A stretch of 64,000 bases of DNA. Origin: Amoebidium appalachense. Taxonomy: Eukaryota; Protista; Ichthyosporea. The stretch spans positions 8,055,312 to 8,119,311 of the forward strand of contig CAVNZM010000003.1 of NCBI GenBank assembly GCA_963693365.1, in the 5' to 3' direction. This document shows, one piece after another, positions 32,807-59,100 of the stretch. The translations under genes were made by a program, and so were the position numbers. The first letter of the stretch is position 1. Each line of letters begins with the position of its first letter. Below the pieces are notes generated by a model, which did no database searches, was not told the DNA's origin, and was given only the letters and a program-made list of their open reading frames with translations.

Positions 32807-34142
32807 ATATAGAAACTGAACTTGAAAGCCTAAAGGCCCGGCAGATAACTGATGGGGATGAAGAATGGATGTCAAGAAAAACACAACTGGAAAACGGCTG
32901 TATAGTTCAACTACAGCATATGGTGTGCAGTTGTCGTGCACAAAAGTAAGAGTACTGTATGGAAGTTAGAGACTGCTCAGAGACAGGACAGGAACAAGTG
33001 CAACACCATTTGTCTTATAGCGAGTGAGAGTGAGGAAAAGAATACAATATAGCACAGTTGTGTGTATATGGACTTTTGGCAACACCGTGAAGGTTGTTTT
33101 ATGCCTCTGGCCCCTTTTTAGCAGACGGGAGCCCCGCATTCGGCTGCCAGTATCTTACTGTATCAGTTTCGGAAATCTGTTTCAATGATCAGTTTACGTG
33201 GGTTGAGACGTGAAGTAACGAAGACCTGAAGACCTCATTAGAGGCACACAGTACTCGATAATAAACTTCAGTGTTTCCTTGTTACTGTCATGTGGTAGGC
33301 CGTGTTTTGTGTCTGTGACAACATTTGAAAAGACACTTATATTTATCAATGCATGGCTTCAAGCTAGTTACCCCTGTAGAAAACTTAACATAAAGTAGTA
33401 ACTTCATACTATTTAATAATATTTGCATATACGCCTCCCTCAAAGGGGTCAATGTTGATACAAATGTATTGTTCGTTACTGAAAGAATCCACATGACAAT
33501 ATCGAAACGAGGTTCTATCAACGAGTCAAACTGTGACACTGAGGAATGCATGGGTCCCATTCCATGCATACCAGGCTAAATTTTATCCTGTAACCGCATC
33601 TTGCGCAAGTGTTGCACAAAATAATGGGCGCAGTCTTTGCTCTGCTCTTCGGCACTCTGTCAGTCTGTTCAGAGCGCCGTGCTGTATATACAACCGTACG
33701 CGTACATGTTACAGCACATTCCCTCACGTATGGTCTGTCTGGGCCAACTCCGGGTCGTCGTTTCTACAAAACGTTACACGGGCATCTTCAACATTCTGAG
33801 AGTTGAAAATATACTCCAAACTTCTACGTTAGATACGCTGGTATACCTTATACAATAGCAACAGGCTTCTGCTGGCGTTCTATAGGAACACAAATACAAA
33901 GCATAGAGTAGATCCAGCACCTATAGACGGTTAGGTTTATGCCCCACATCGGCAGCCACCAATCACGTGGACACTTTGAACGACTGCCTAACTGAAAAAT
34001 ATCATCATAGTTGCACGGCATATTCACATCTTGATGGAGCATACATAGACTGCTGGTGAAAGGCTAGAGATCTCACTATGGCGATGTCAAGGAGTCGTAC
34101 AAACAGCCAGGCAAACACACCAGACACTTTCAAAGGTAGAAG

Positions 34143-35076
<934 letters not shown>

Positions 35077-36290
35077 CCGACATTCTCTTTCTCTGCTACA
35101 CCGTGTTGCACGTGCACACACGCACACATACACCCAACTTATACACTTTCACTTGCACACCTGCACACAAAGCCATAGACATGCGCCTCCACGAACAGAA
35201 CCACTTATACACAAGTGTGTGCACTCAAGCGCATTCTGCCTGTACATATATGGCACGAATGCACCTGCTTACAGGCGCACACATACATCCAACAAGCACA
35301 CAAGCATAAACACACTCTTCTAAAAACATTCACACGCACCCTCCTTCCTTCATCCCACCATGGACGTCCCTGATTCATAAGTGCACAAGCAGGTAAAATG
35401 AGTGTCGGGAAGGTGCATGCAACCAGTTAATAAAAAACACCGCCATAGCGCCTTGCAAGAACTAGCAGAAACATGATACTTCCGCTGAATATCATAATCA
35501 TGGTCTCGTTGTTGTGCATATCATCACCAGCACAAAATTCCCTTCGTGTTATATTTATGTTTTTATGATAATCAGAGGGATGGATGAAACTGACTTCACC
35601 TCTTGATGGCGTCGCAAGGCCCGTGCCCCCTCTCGCTAGGGTATGCTGCCTCCCCCCCCCCCCCCCCCTCTGGCGCCAAAGACACGCGCATGCGGGCATG
35701 CACCCACAGGCGCCTGCACACACACGCGTGCGCATGCATGCATGCACAGTCATGCACGCACACACACACACACACATGCGTATATCCTCACAAACACGTG
35801 AACATACAAAAGGAGGAAGAAGCAGCACACGGAGAGCGAGTGCGGGAGAGGATGGGGGGGGGGGGGGGGGAGGGGGGGGGGTTGTAGGTGGTGGTGGTGG
35901 TGGTGGTAGGGCGAGGAGGAGGAGGGGCTAGACAGAGAATGAGAGAGCAGGAGCAGACACACACACACACACGTATACAACACTTACTTAGTATCCCCCT
36001 CAGGCTGTATTTTTCTTTTCTCTTATTTGACCGAGAGGTTCTCACGTAAGCAGCTCTACATGAATTCCTGATAACGGATAAACCATTCTGAAATGTGGCT
36101 TGGTTCTCTTTCCCCCCCTTCCTTTTTCTTCACTTTTTGCCTAATGTCATTTGGATGCTTTTGCATTTGGGGAGGGGGCAAAAAAAAAATAAAAAAATCT
36201 ACCCTCTAACTTTTGATCACGTTGTTATAAAACGTAAATTATCAGGGTATGTGCTCGTTTGATTTACCACTAACACGGATATGTTTACAG

Positions 36291-47019
<10,729 letters not shown>

Positions 47020-47118
47020 TTGGTCCAACGGATGTGCTGGAATGCAGTCAAAATGGATTCCCTGGCTGAGCCCTGCTATCCTCTCTTTTCCCCCTCCCTC
47101 CCCCCCCGGCTCTCCCCT

Positions 47119-47191
<73 letters not shown>

Positions 47192-47466
47192 GTTTGCTGT
47201 CTCTCGACCACAAACACATGTGTACCGTGTGTGTGTTTATATGCACAAAATAAACCATGGTCAGTGATCAAAGCTTATTAAAGGTTCTTTTGTGAATGTG
47301 TTCCACCGAAAAATGTTGTTCTTTCCTATTAAATATTAGGTATATGGCTTTTCCAGGCTGTGCTAATAAGTCATTTTGACGCGAATGAAATGCCGGCTCA
47401 CACACAACTCGAGCAACCGGGCTCTTCAACTTTTTTCTCTCTTTTTTTTAATTATTTTTTTTTTCC

Positions 47467-47504
<38 letters not shown>

Positions 47505-47683
47505 TCTAGAACGAACGGTTGTTCACCAACTCAGGCAGGAGTATGAAGTTACATGGCGACACAAACTTGTACATAATTCTTGTTTACCCACGTAACTGTT
47601 CAAAACGAATGGGCAGGTCTGTTTCTACTAATGGTCAACAGTGGTGTGCATAGTTAATTACTAATTGACTTTGCACAAACATG

Positions 47684-47732
<49 letters not shown>

Positions 47733-49014
47733 CACTGCACATATACATACAGCACTGCTAAGGCATACTGTGTATGCCAAATAAAAACAATCATTGTTCA
47801 TCATAAGATTAACGAAACGTTATCACTTCTTTTCCCTCTTCCCTCCTCAACAACAACAACAAGCCAAGCCACCGGTTATAATTATTAACGATTACGAAGT
47901 TCAATTGGTGCGCCCTGCGTCGCATGGAATTTGCACTGTGTATATACACTCCGGAGTGGCCCGAAATTTCTGGGGCTGCTCCGCGGCCTAATTAATTAAA
48001 TTTGCGATATCAATGATGGCCGTATGTATATCGATACTTATGCATGTGCACTACACAAGATCATGTGGATTTGTACAGACGGTGCTGGTGTGCCCAGCAA
48101 AACTTAAACACGGGGGAGACTGGGAGTATTCGCATGTGGCTTGAGTAAAATGAGGTAACCCACAAAGTTTACCAGTGTTAACGTTGGTAAAAAACGACAA
48201 AAGGAGTGTTGGAGATTCTGGAGAATGAGGTTCAAGTGTGGTGTTCAGATAAGTGGCTGCACAAAGGCGGAAAAGGCGGGGGGGGAGGGGGGGTACTGCG
48301 TTAACAGCAGGAAGTGTACACGTTGCCAAGTATGTGACGGAAAACACACAATGCCGATGCGCAGCATACACCAAGGGTATGCATCATCGACTTTGATACG
48401 GTGGATAATTTGGGTGCACCGTTCCGTCTGAGTTTCGACCCATTCACCAATTGACCGGTTGTTTGCTTTGTACTTTGTATGCGTGTGATTGTGTATATGT
48501 GCTGGCACGTCTTGACTGTGCCCTCTAGCCGATGTACGATACACAAACCGTTGCTGGCTAAGGGTATGTGAATCACGTGATTAGCCGCTCTCGACGAATC
48601 GGCCGCGGCCTTTTGACACGTAAGAGCTACCTTCTAGGTAGCTGGAATGTTTTTTCACAGGCCCACCTATACTTTTTTTTCTCTTTTTTCGCCCGGGGCA
48701 TGTATGTGCCCGCGGTTGGTTATTTACTTGGCAGGAAAGGGTTGCCCCGGCTACGAGCCAGAGAAACCTCCTAGGGGTTGTATTTTGTTATGAATGTGCC
48801 TATCACCCACGAGAACTAGTGTGGATAAAAAAGGTGCAAGTGAAAACTTTGGATATCCCCACTGATAGATAACGAGGTTACATATCACATGAGTCTATCC
48901 TACTTGCTAACAACATTGTTGCACTTCAGCAATATTTATGACGCTAAGTTACGTGTACATTCCTGTGTGCGAGCAGTGAATTCTTGGGATGCCTGAGTGC
49001 GAGCAGTGAATTCC

Positions 49015-50234
49015 TTACTGCACGAACTTCTGGCCCTTCTCGATGCTCTTCTTGAGCTCGGGCAGCATGGCATCGAGAAGCTTCTTCTCATAGGCAGTCA
49101 TCTGGGGCAGGCCGAGGTTGTGCTCCAAACCGTTGGGCTGTAAAGTAAGGGGGGTTGAGTGGGTGGGTGAGTGGTGGTGGGTGGGTTGGGTTGGGGGGAT
49201 GAAGGTGGATCGCACGAAAATATGCCACACCTGAACACTTCAAGAAAGGGGCTATTGCAGCCATGTGTGATTGTAGGCCTATTGCAGCATCTGTGAATGT
49301 AAACACACACACACACACACAGGAAGGAGGGTGAGGTGTGTCTGCTGCAAACCACGAACTGGTACAGCACCTCCCCCCCCCCCCCCCCCCCCCCGAAAGA
49401 CCTTCGAGGTCGTGAATTTAGTGCAGCTCTTTACGTGCTGATGTAACCAACAAAGGTGGGCCTGCCAACTCCCCCCCCCCCCCTTTTTTTTTTTTGGTGG
49501 GTGGTGGCAGTGGTGTGGGTGCAACCATGCATGCTAAGTGAGTAAATGAGTGTGTTTAATGGTGGTGGTGGTGTGTGTGTGTGTGGTGGTCGTGGTTGGT
49601 TGGTTGGTTTTTTTTTTTTTCCCCTTTTTGGGGAGAGGGGAGGTGGGGCGGGTTGCATACCCCGAGAAGGACGGGGGTGGAGAAGAAAGCAGCGGAGGTG
49701 ACGTTGCTCTCGACGAAGGCGCACTCGACAGTGTACTGGCCAGTCATGCCCTTGAGCACAGACTCGGCAAAGCGCGCACCGGCAAAGGCCATGGACAGCG
49801 TGGCAGAGCTGTGCGTGGAAAGGGTTAATGATACGTGGACTCACAATAAAGGGGATGTGGGGAGTGGGTGAATGTGTGTGGGGCGTGGAACAGTCTGGAA
49901 GAGATGTTGCAGTTTGCACGCACACTGACGGGTTGAAGGAAGGAGGAGAAGGGGCGGTGTAGGAGGAGGGGGGGGGGGGGGGGAGGGGTAGATCGCTGAA
50001 GAAGCAAAAGAAATGCATGTGTGTTCAATTGCTTTGTGTTATTGGCGAAGGGGGGAAGGGCAGAAAGGGGGGAAAGGGGGACACCAATACCTATGACATC
50101 CATACGGACACAACAGGGAAACCCCTTTCCAACTGGCTTAGATTCGAGGAGAGAAACTGAACAGACACCATGTACACACACCAAACGATGCGGGCCAGGG
50201 TGAAAAGAAGAATGGGGGAGGAGGACGAGAGCGA

Positions 50235-50268
<34 letters not shown>

Positions 50269-51418
50269 AAGAGCAGAGGTGAGACAAAGTGAGATTATGC
50301 ACAGGGATAAGGGCAGGAAACATACCCAGCGCCGGCCTTAGCGTTGACGACCTCAGTGCCGGCATCCTGGATGCGGGGGGTCAGCTTCTCGATCTCGGCG
50401 TCCGTGAAGGACACCTTGGGCACCGTCTGCAAGAGGTGAAAGGGGTTAGGATATGTTCTGTGGGTTAGTTGTGTGTTAAAAATGTTGGCTATCGTTCGCT
50501 TGACCTCCATGCCATACATGCTACCAAACCGTACTATCCTGCCCTTTCCGATTAAACACAAGAACCTTGCACAGGAAAGAACACCGGCCAGCTGAACTAC
50601 TGAACATAACACTAAACAGCACAGAGCCAACAGAGACGACGACCAAGAACACATCCATCACGTTTTGAAAAGGTCCAGTCAAGGGGTGGGGCGCTTGGAT
50701 TGATGGGTTGGGTGCAGGTGTGTGTGTGTGGTGGTTTTTGTTTAGGGGGGGGGGGGGGGGGGGGACAAGAAGACAAGATGAGTTTGTGGAAGTTAGAACG
50801 GGAGCGATGCAGAGACAAGGGGGGGGGGGGGATGGCAAAACGAAACAAGGTGGGGCCGGGGTTGCATGCCTGGGAGAGGATGGGCAGGATGGTGGTGCCG
50901 GCATGGCCACCAATGACGGGCACGTGGGTGTTCTTGGCGTCGGTGCCCTTCAGGTCACCAACGAACTTGTTGGCGCGCACAATGTCGAGGGTGGTCACAC
51001 CGAACAGCCTGGGGAGGAGGAACGTAAGAAAGAAGTGTGTATAAAGGGATTAGAGGCCATGGGGATTGCAGGTACAAGGCAGCAGTTCTTTCTTCTGGTC
51101 GATTATGCAATGGTGCTGGCTGCCGTGATACGCAGGAAGCAGATACTAGTTTCAAAATACTCAACATACCATGCTCGCTAAGCATCAGGGTTCGTGCAGT
51201 ATGCTCGTGTACACCATGCATTATGGTACTTCAGGTACGCGTGCATATTGGGAGCCCCCATATGGGCCCGCTACGGACGAAACTTGAAAGGGGAGGAGAG
51301 GGGAGGAGGGGGAGGGGGTTGGACTTGTAGAGTGCGAAGTACACATTCATGACGGTCAAAACAATGCATATAGCAAGAGAAGCAATGAGTCTGCATCATA
51401 AGCAGTGCCCATCCTCCG

Positions 51419-51457
<39 letters not shown>

Positions 51458-52931
51458 GCAAGCACACACTTGTTCTTGTTGTAGACACCGGCCTTCTTGA
51501 GGACCTCAGCAGCGATGGGCACGGTGGAGTTGACGGGGTTGGAGATGATGGTCACGGCGGCATTGGGGCAGTGCCTGCAGCCACCGTGTGAGCATTGCAC
51601 AAATGCAAACAACACATTGTTGTATACCTGGGCTTCCCCCATTACTATACGAACTCTCCACCCACACAGGCCAGTGTTCATTCTTTGACTTGGTACACTT
51701 CGAGATCCAAACAAATAGAGTCTTCTTTTTCAGAATTCACCTCCTCCCCCCCCCCCCCTTCCACCCACCGAACATGGAGAGCTGTTTGGAAAGCAGGAAG
51801 ACGACCAAGCTGTATAGAGGAGCAAAAGAGGCTCGAAACATGACCAAGTGAAAATGAACGGGAGATGAGTAGAGCAGGGAAAGAACACGGGGGGAACCGT
51901 GGGGGAGGGGGGGGAGGGGGCAGGGAAGGGAAAGAGCAACGGACTTCTCTAAGTACACAAACACTACGGAGACCCCAGCCCAAGATATAGAAGGGTGTGC
52001 GAAGGGGGAGGCGGGAGGGGCTGCTTACTTGGCAACACCCTCAATGAGGGTCTTGACAATGTTAGCGTTGGTGTTGAACAGATCGTCACGGGTCATGCCG
52101 GGCTTGCGGGGCACACCAGCGGGGATGATGACGACATCGCAACCCTCAAGGGCAGCACCGAGCTCGTTGGGGCCGGTGTGGCCAGTGACCTAAACCCAAA
52201 ACACGTGATGAGGACAGGAGGAACATGTCGGCTTAGAGGACGGTATCTGGTGACGGAAGCTGACTGGACATGTGGGAGATGGCAAAGAGAGCAGGGCCTC
52301 ATTAGATAGCGGTCATAGACAGCAGTTGGACAGGTTGAACAGGCAGCAAGGACCAAAAAAAAGGTTCCCGACCCCGAGGGTTGCCGAAACGCGTCTGGGG
52401 GAGACAGAGAACCCATGTTCTATCCCGTTATACTAGAGGGTTGGTCGGGGTAGTGGGCATTGGGGGAAGAGGCGGGGGAAAGAGTTTTTTTTTTTTGCTG
52501 TGGGTGGGGGGGGGGGAGGCGGGGGAGGGGGACGAACCTTGCAGTTGGAGTTGATGTGGCTGAGATCAGCGGCAACACCCGGGGTGTTGACGACATCGTA
52601 GAGGGAGAGGTGGGACACCAGAGGCACCTGTGTCATCAGCAGCGACAGAGGCTGGCCGATACCACCGGCGGCGCCCAGAACGGCCACCTGAGAAAGAACA
52701 GAGCATGTTAGAACATGTTGGCTCGGAAAGTCTATTCACTCTATGTTGGTGGAAAAAAAGCAGATCCTGTAATGGCGATGAAAGAAAAACGAGAGCCTCT
52801 TTCGACAGTGTATGAGCTATGAAAGAGCATGAGCTCACCTTGGCGAGGTTCTGGCGGGAAGAAGAGAAAGCCCGGGCACCGAAGCTGGTGGCGGCAGCGG
52901 GGCGAGCGACCTGAGACAGAAGGGAGGCCAT
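49015..52931 (-). CDS. MDH2: Mitochondrial malate dehydrogenase; exons 52931-52839, 52687-52538, 52189-52029, 51574-51470, 51008-50870, 50426-50326, 49808-49661, 49137-49015
   Basis: Presequence [16 protein letters not shown]; [94 protein letters not shown]. All joins in frame. Confidence 0.97.
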
Positions 52932-55163
52932 TTTTTCTTTTCTTCACAAACCTACGTTGGTGGGTGGGGTGACTGAAAGGAAAAGGGCCGCACCGCATGG
53001 TTATAAGCCACCACTCAAAAAAGTTTGTGCCAATCTAGGTGCGTGACCTAATACTGTTATGATTGGGTTATACGTTTTTATAAGAGGCAAACAAACCATA
53101 TATGGTTCACATGCTTTTTAATGCACAAACACCAATGCTCAGAGACTCACCCTTTGATCTTGCAAGAGTCAGTGAGAGAAAATAAAGAGTAAAAGGCCAT
53201 AGTAAAAAACTACATGCACATAAAGTTTTTCTACTTGGCTTTTTGGTAGACCTAAACCTAGGGTATCGACTCTCTGAGGGTGATGCCAAGTCGAAAAGTC
53301 ACTGAGGACTTTTCGTGTCATATTTTTCCGGAGGCTCGGTTTTAACACCACAGCCGCTCTGATTGGTCGCGCTTTCTGTAACTACTGTTTGATCTCCCAA
53401 TACTTCCGCTTGTGGGGAATGAGGTCGGTGTGTATCCCTTTTTTTTTTTTGACTCGGGTTTATTGATCCGTTGATGAAGGCAACGTGCAGCCACAGGCTA
53501 CATACCCACCAATAGAACTGAAAAAGCCAAAGCTACGAAATAAAAATAAAGCGACAAGTGACAAAGGACACCAGCGGGCAAAACCTTAAGTGTACGTGTA
53601 TGCGTGAAACTAGTTTGCTCCAACTAGTCATAGTCATATGCATCGATGTTGACCAGACCACACTCCGCAAGAAGACATCAGTACTGCTCCTTCCCAACAG
53701 GCCCCCCTCAAAACCTATCGAGGCACAGCAAGCAAGCCAGCCTCTAAAAGAGCAATGCAGACAAAATCTGAGCTAAAAAGCAATCCCAACGGGCCCGGCC
53801 CCTAGATAACCCGGAGAAACTGCATCTAGCTCTCTGAGAAGGTGGCCTAGTTGTGGCAGGACACACGTACAGAATAACACAATTACAGAATGCATGCAAG
53901 CAAACCCGGTCATTGCCATACGACTGGAGGCTAAGGACTGGCAGTCACTTGGAAAGCTCCCCGACGACCAAGTCGCCGCCCCTCCACTCACGCAGCGCAG
54001 AAGTAGCTGAAGAAGTTGCAGCAGCCCACCGCCAATAGGTCGCGTAGAAGCGTAGACAGCGTGTAGAAGTTACCATAGGTTGCAGTGGACCACCAAGAGT
54101 TGAAGAAACCACTTCTCAAGCGAGAAACTCCGCGAAAGGGAGATGCCCCCACACTCTCACAGCAGTAGGAATACACCAGGCCACACCACACACACGCTGC
54201 AGTCACGTTCCCCTGAGTGGGACTCCCTCCCACCACAAAAGAAGAAACGAAAGCCTTTATATACATGCCATGGTGAAGAATCGGGCAAAAAAAAGTTGAC
54301 GTGACCCTCAGGGTAACGTACGTAACCGTTGAATAAGACATTTCCGCATCTTTTTTAGTGCACGAGATAGGATGTGTATTGTTTTTTTTACTTGAGCAGA
54401 AAATTTCATATTATTTGCCTATTATCTGTAGGTGATACCTTATCTGCTTATTCTACCACTGTAGAATTTTAAATAGAAAATCGTGAGATGTAAATACTGA
54501 AAAAAAAATTGTGAACCCTCGCCCCAAGCAAACAGCTCTTTGGGGATACAAATGCTTGCTTGCAGCCAATCATAAGGGTAGCTGCCGTGCGTGTTTTCGA
54601 AGATACGCCAGTAGGAAGCGTTTTTGCCTAATATAGAAGGCTCATAGGCAATGCGGTGTCAGCTTTCAAAACGGTTGCGTTTTTCTCCTCTGAAACCGTT
54701 TTTTTTTCTGAATCAGCACTCAGCGATGCATGCAATTCCAACGCGCCAATTGTGACTTAATTGTCTCCACGGTCACAAGTTCTAAAAAGCCATACAGTAG
54801 CTCGCATCGCCATTATATTTGGCCCCCTTGTGCCTGGCTGTGTGCTGACGGTTTTTCTTTTGTTATCTTGCCCCCTTTTCTGGACCGGGTGCCGTTGCTC
54901 GAAAGCTTCAGCTGGCTGAAATCAGCAGTCTCATCTTTGAGTGTAAGGGCTAGTTAGCTAATTCTGAGCTCAAATGGAGAGAGTTGCTTGGTCATTTTGC
55001 CACGGTTCCCCCCCCCCCCCCCCCCTCCCCCCCCCCCCCCCCCTCCCCCCGCTCCGAAGCCCTCGAGCTCCCCACACCCCACCCCACCTTTTAACTCAAC
55101 CTCCCCGTCCCCCTTCCCGATCCCAATGGAAAAACCATACTCGCACACACACACACACTCACA

Positions 55164-55221
<58 letters not shown>

Positions 55222-56967
55222 TCCACACACACGCACCGCGCATACGCGCCTGCTCACGCACACACACTGACACACAGGCATGCACACGTACATACCTCCC
55301 CCCCACCCACACACACCCAAAATCCGGCACAGCACCAATTACTCGGATGGGTAGACGTACACACAAACACACATGCATAAACACACACTCGCACTGCGCA
55401 CCTGCACACACACGTTCTCACCTTTTATACACAAAAACAACGCTCGTTTTTTTCTGTTGGCCTGTTCCTCTCTATTGCCCCTCACGAGAAGCCAAGTTCG
55501 CTCGTTGGGCTTACACCTTTTTAACGTAAGGAGAGTAACCTCATTTTTATATAAAAATTGTTTATACTAATAAAGAACGTTAGTTGGATTAGGAAGCTGG
55601 TTAAAAACCTGCCACCTACTGAGATGGCTCCTTATTTTTCCTTACACATTCAGCGAACACTGGACTCCATCGAACCGTCGAGGCGCCGCGACAGAAAGCA
55701 TGCACGCGGTCGCGAGAGTGTAAGGAAAAATCGGAGCCACCAACGATGACTGCATCATGCTGTCCGGCGATTGGCTGATGTTCAAAGCTGCCCATCTATT
55801 GGTCTCTGGCTAATATATGATAATACAGGATTGACTCAGATGAGATCGCATAATCGCTGGTGCAGTTAAACCATAGCCCATTTAATCCTGAAAGGCCACA
55901 AAACGATGAAACGATCAAAAAGATGACACACAGTATACGTAAGGTTGACGGTGTTAGAAACAGGTTACAGACACAGGCACATAGTAAGCAGCTGCAACCG
56001 AGAGTATTAATAATAGGCTGCAACCAACGGTTTGTGACGGTGTTAACAGACAGACATAAGACACACGGAGGAGTCCGGTACCGGTACTGAACGGTCGAGA
56101 TGGCCGTCCAGAGGTTTGAATTCGAGCGGGAATGAATGACGTTATGCATGACGTTATCAATGCCTTGTCAGCGATTGCATCAAAATCATGCAAAGAAATC
56201 AAATTTGCTTCGCTTCGAGCCTTTTCACTGAATGGCTGTTTAAGTCTTTTAAAAATTGCCTCAAGGTGGGGTCAAAACGCACGCGCTGGAATCGAAAGGC
56301 AAAACATCCTGGCACACGTATTTCCGAACTGATTGGTTGCATATCATGGTGGTTCGAGTCTAGCCGATTCGATTGGTTAGGTGACGATAAAACCGTACGT
56401 GTGCCCGTCTGCAGCGAACGTAAAGTTCATCGCAGCGCGTGCACACCGTCAGTACGTGTGAGGTTAAAAACAAACACTTTTGGCTATTCATGGAGGGTGG
56501 AGTGGCTTTAATCTTTCAGGCATATGCACTCCACTTACCCAGTTTTGTTTGTGTTATGTTGCAGCGTACCTTATCTTCCGTTTTGGTATGACCTCATGGC
56601 TATTTCATACACACATCGTTCGTGACACATAAACCGGACCCTTCAACCGGTCGTGCGTGACAGCGGTTGGTAGTATGCTATGTCCTCTGTTTGCGTGGTC
56701 TATTTTTTCAAGCTGTTCTTGCGATCTTTCACCAGCATATAATATTTAGTTTACCCACAGACGTATGTCTGCACAGATCACACACATTTCCCTTTGAGTT
56801 GCACGGGGTTAAAAACAAGGCCACTTTGTAGACCTGCAGGTGCTACAAGCATTGAGTGCTGTGGCGCCTCCGGTAAATATTATCACCTTTGTGGAAACAC
56901 CCTCCTCCCCCTGCCGGACGGGTCCCAGGCAGTTTGACACGGTCCCCAGTTTAGTTTAGTTTTTTTT

Positions 56968-57013
<46 letters not shown>

Positions 57014-58101
57014 AGAAGGTTGTTTCTGGTGCTGGCAATGTTCAAGCACGGCACCACGATGGGACAAGCCACGTCTATACACACCAGGCATAAACTTTAG
57101 CTAAATGGGTGCATACCAGCACCAGATGTTCAAACGTTTTGTACATGTTCAACTGCGTTTTGGCGGGCTACACACGCACAGCACACAAGGGATCATCATC
57201 ATACACATCTATGTAGCTGTATACACTGCGCACACACACACAATTATGTACATCTCGTGCACGCCGTGTGCATCGTCAAGGGTAATCCCTCCCCCTCCCC
57301 CCCCCCCCCCAAAAAAAAAAAAAAAAAAAAAAAACACACACACGCACACTCACACACATGCACCCCATGGCCACTACACATGCATCAACTTGTGAAAGGC
57401 ATGATGTGCCGATGTGCCGACTAACTGAAATCAGAATAAGGGCCTCGTTGACAGGTTGCTAGATGTACCCAACACAGATAAACACGTGGTTGCTTGCCCA
57501 CCTAAAGAAAAAACACACATCACACTGCACACGGCTGAAGCCGCCGGAGATAGCCGAGATAACCCATGTAAAAGAAAAAATAAAGTCATCGTAATTTTTT
57601 TTTCTTTCTTTTGACTGGATTTATTCGACGGAAAGATATGCAAGTATGCACGGCATACTGAGAAGACCAAAAAAAACTTCACGAGTTATCCAGTAACAAG
57701 TGCATACTGAGATACATAATTCGGGCATGAGCACATCAACAAAGTTATTATAAAAATAAAAAAAAAATTTCGGGTGGGATGGAGATATACGCGATCTAAA
57801 AGCAATGGCTGTCTTGATCATGGCGCCACTTTCAAGTTTTCGTGTTCGCGATCACGTGTAAGTTGAGGTAAAGTAAAGAGTGAGTGAGTGTGGAGAGCAT
57901 TTGCCATGTGGCACTTCATGTTTAGAGGGAGAGAGGGTGAATGAGTAACTGCGTGAGTGAGAGAGGACATATTTTTGCTTTGTAGCTCTTTCGTTATTTG
58001 TGGGGCCGGGTGGAACTTCTTCGCTTCACGTTGTTGGTATCGAAAACTCTGTGTGGCTGTCGAATCGACATCAACAGTGCATTATCTCAGCAAACAGCAA
58101 A

Positions 58102-59028
58102 ATGTCTGCGGAGCCCTCGTGGACGCAGCTGCAGGCTTTCGCCAAGACACTGCAGGACGGGTACGTGTGGGTGTGCAACTTTGGCTGCCGGGTTGTAAGG
58201 ATCTTTTCCTCGCATCTCCTTTCGATTATTGTTCCTCTATATAGACTCTTGCTGGGTGTCTTGCGCACCTAAGAATCTCTCGCCCACATTCAGCTTCCAC
58301 GGCTCTTGCGTTCTACTCAGCATCACAAATGCGCCCTGTTTTTCGCGAACTGCCCTTCTCCCTCCCCCCCTCCCCCCCCCCCCCCGCCGCCCCCGGATAC
58401 TCCCCCTCCCTCTGGTGTCCCACTGCCTCCCTCCTTTTCGCCCCATCCCTTTTTGCCCGTTCGGCACTCTCCTCTTTTTTTTATTCCACCTGACCTGTTG
58501 GTTTCACCAATAGTGCCTAGTGGGTACCAATTACCATCTCCCCCCCCTCCCCCCCCCCCCCCCCCCCCTTGTCCCCCTGCCCCTGCTCCCCCCCCCCCCC
58601 CCCCCTTCGCCTACCCACTCGGTTCCTCTCACACCTTTCGCACCCTTTGGTCCCCTGTTGTCATGCCTTCGTTCAGACTTTTCCCCCCCTGTGTAAACTT
58701 TCTTTCTAGTCACCGTGTTGCATCGCCATTTCCAACACTGACCAACTGTCGCGCAGCTGCACCGAGCAGGTTTCACAACCCAAGAATAAGAAAAAGGGGG
58801 CGGCAAAGAGTGCCCCTACCGTTTCTGATGTGCTGCCTGCGTGCTTGGTCATTCTCAAAGAGGACATTGTCAAGGTATGGGCGATATGGGACACTTTTTC
58901 TGTAGGAGAAAAAAAGAGCAGGAATGAAGGCAGCTTTCTTGTCTTCTGCACAGGCCTTGCGTGAGACATGTCTGCTTCTTGGGTGTGCTTCTCTCTCTCT
59001 CTCCCTCTCTCTCTCTCCCTCTCTCCCA

Positions 59029-59100
<72 letters not shown>

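Noticed and set aside
33225-33270. Penelope-type minimal hammerhead (ctgaaga-cctc-atta-gagg); similar half-motifs near 51835 and 52384 (cgaaacgcgtc)
   Set aside because: Each has only one of the two conserved cores; at best decayed remnants.
48050-48480. Possible decayed ORF between CDK10 and MDH2
   Set aside because: Multiple stops and no motif recognised.
48967-49013. 17-bp direct repeat gtgcgagcagtgaattc in the MDH2 3' UTR
   Set aside because: Most simply a local duplication; no evidence of function.
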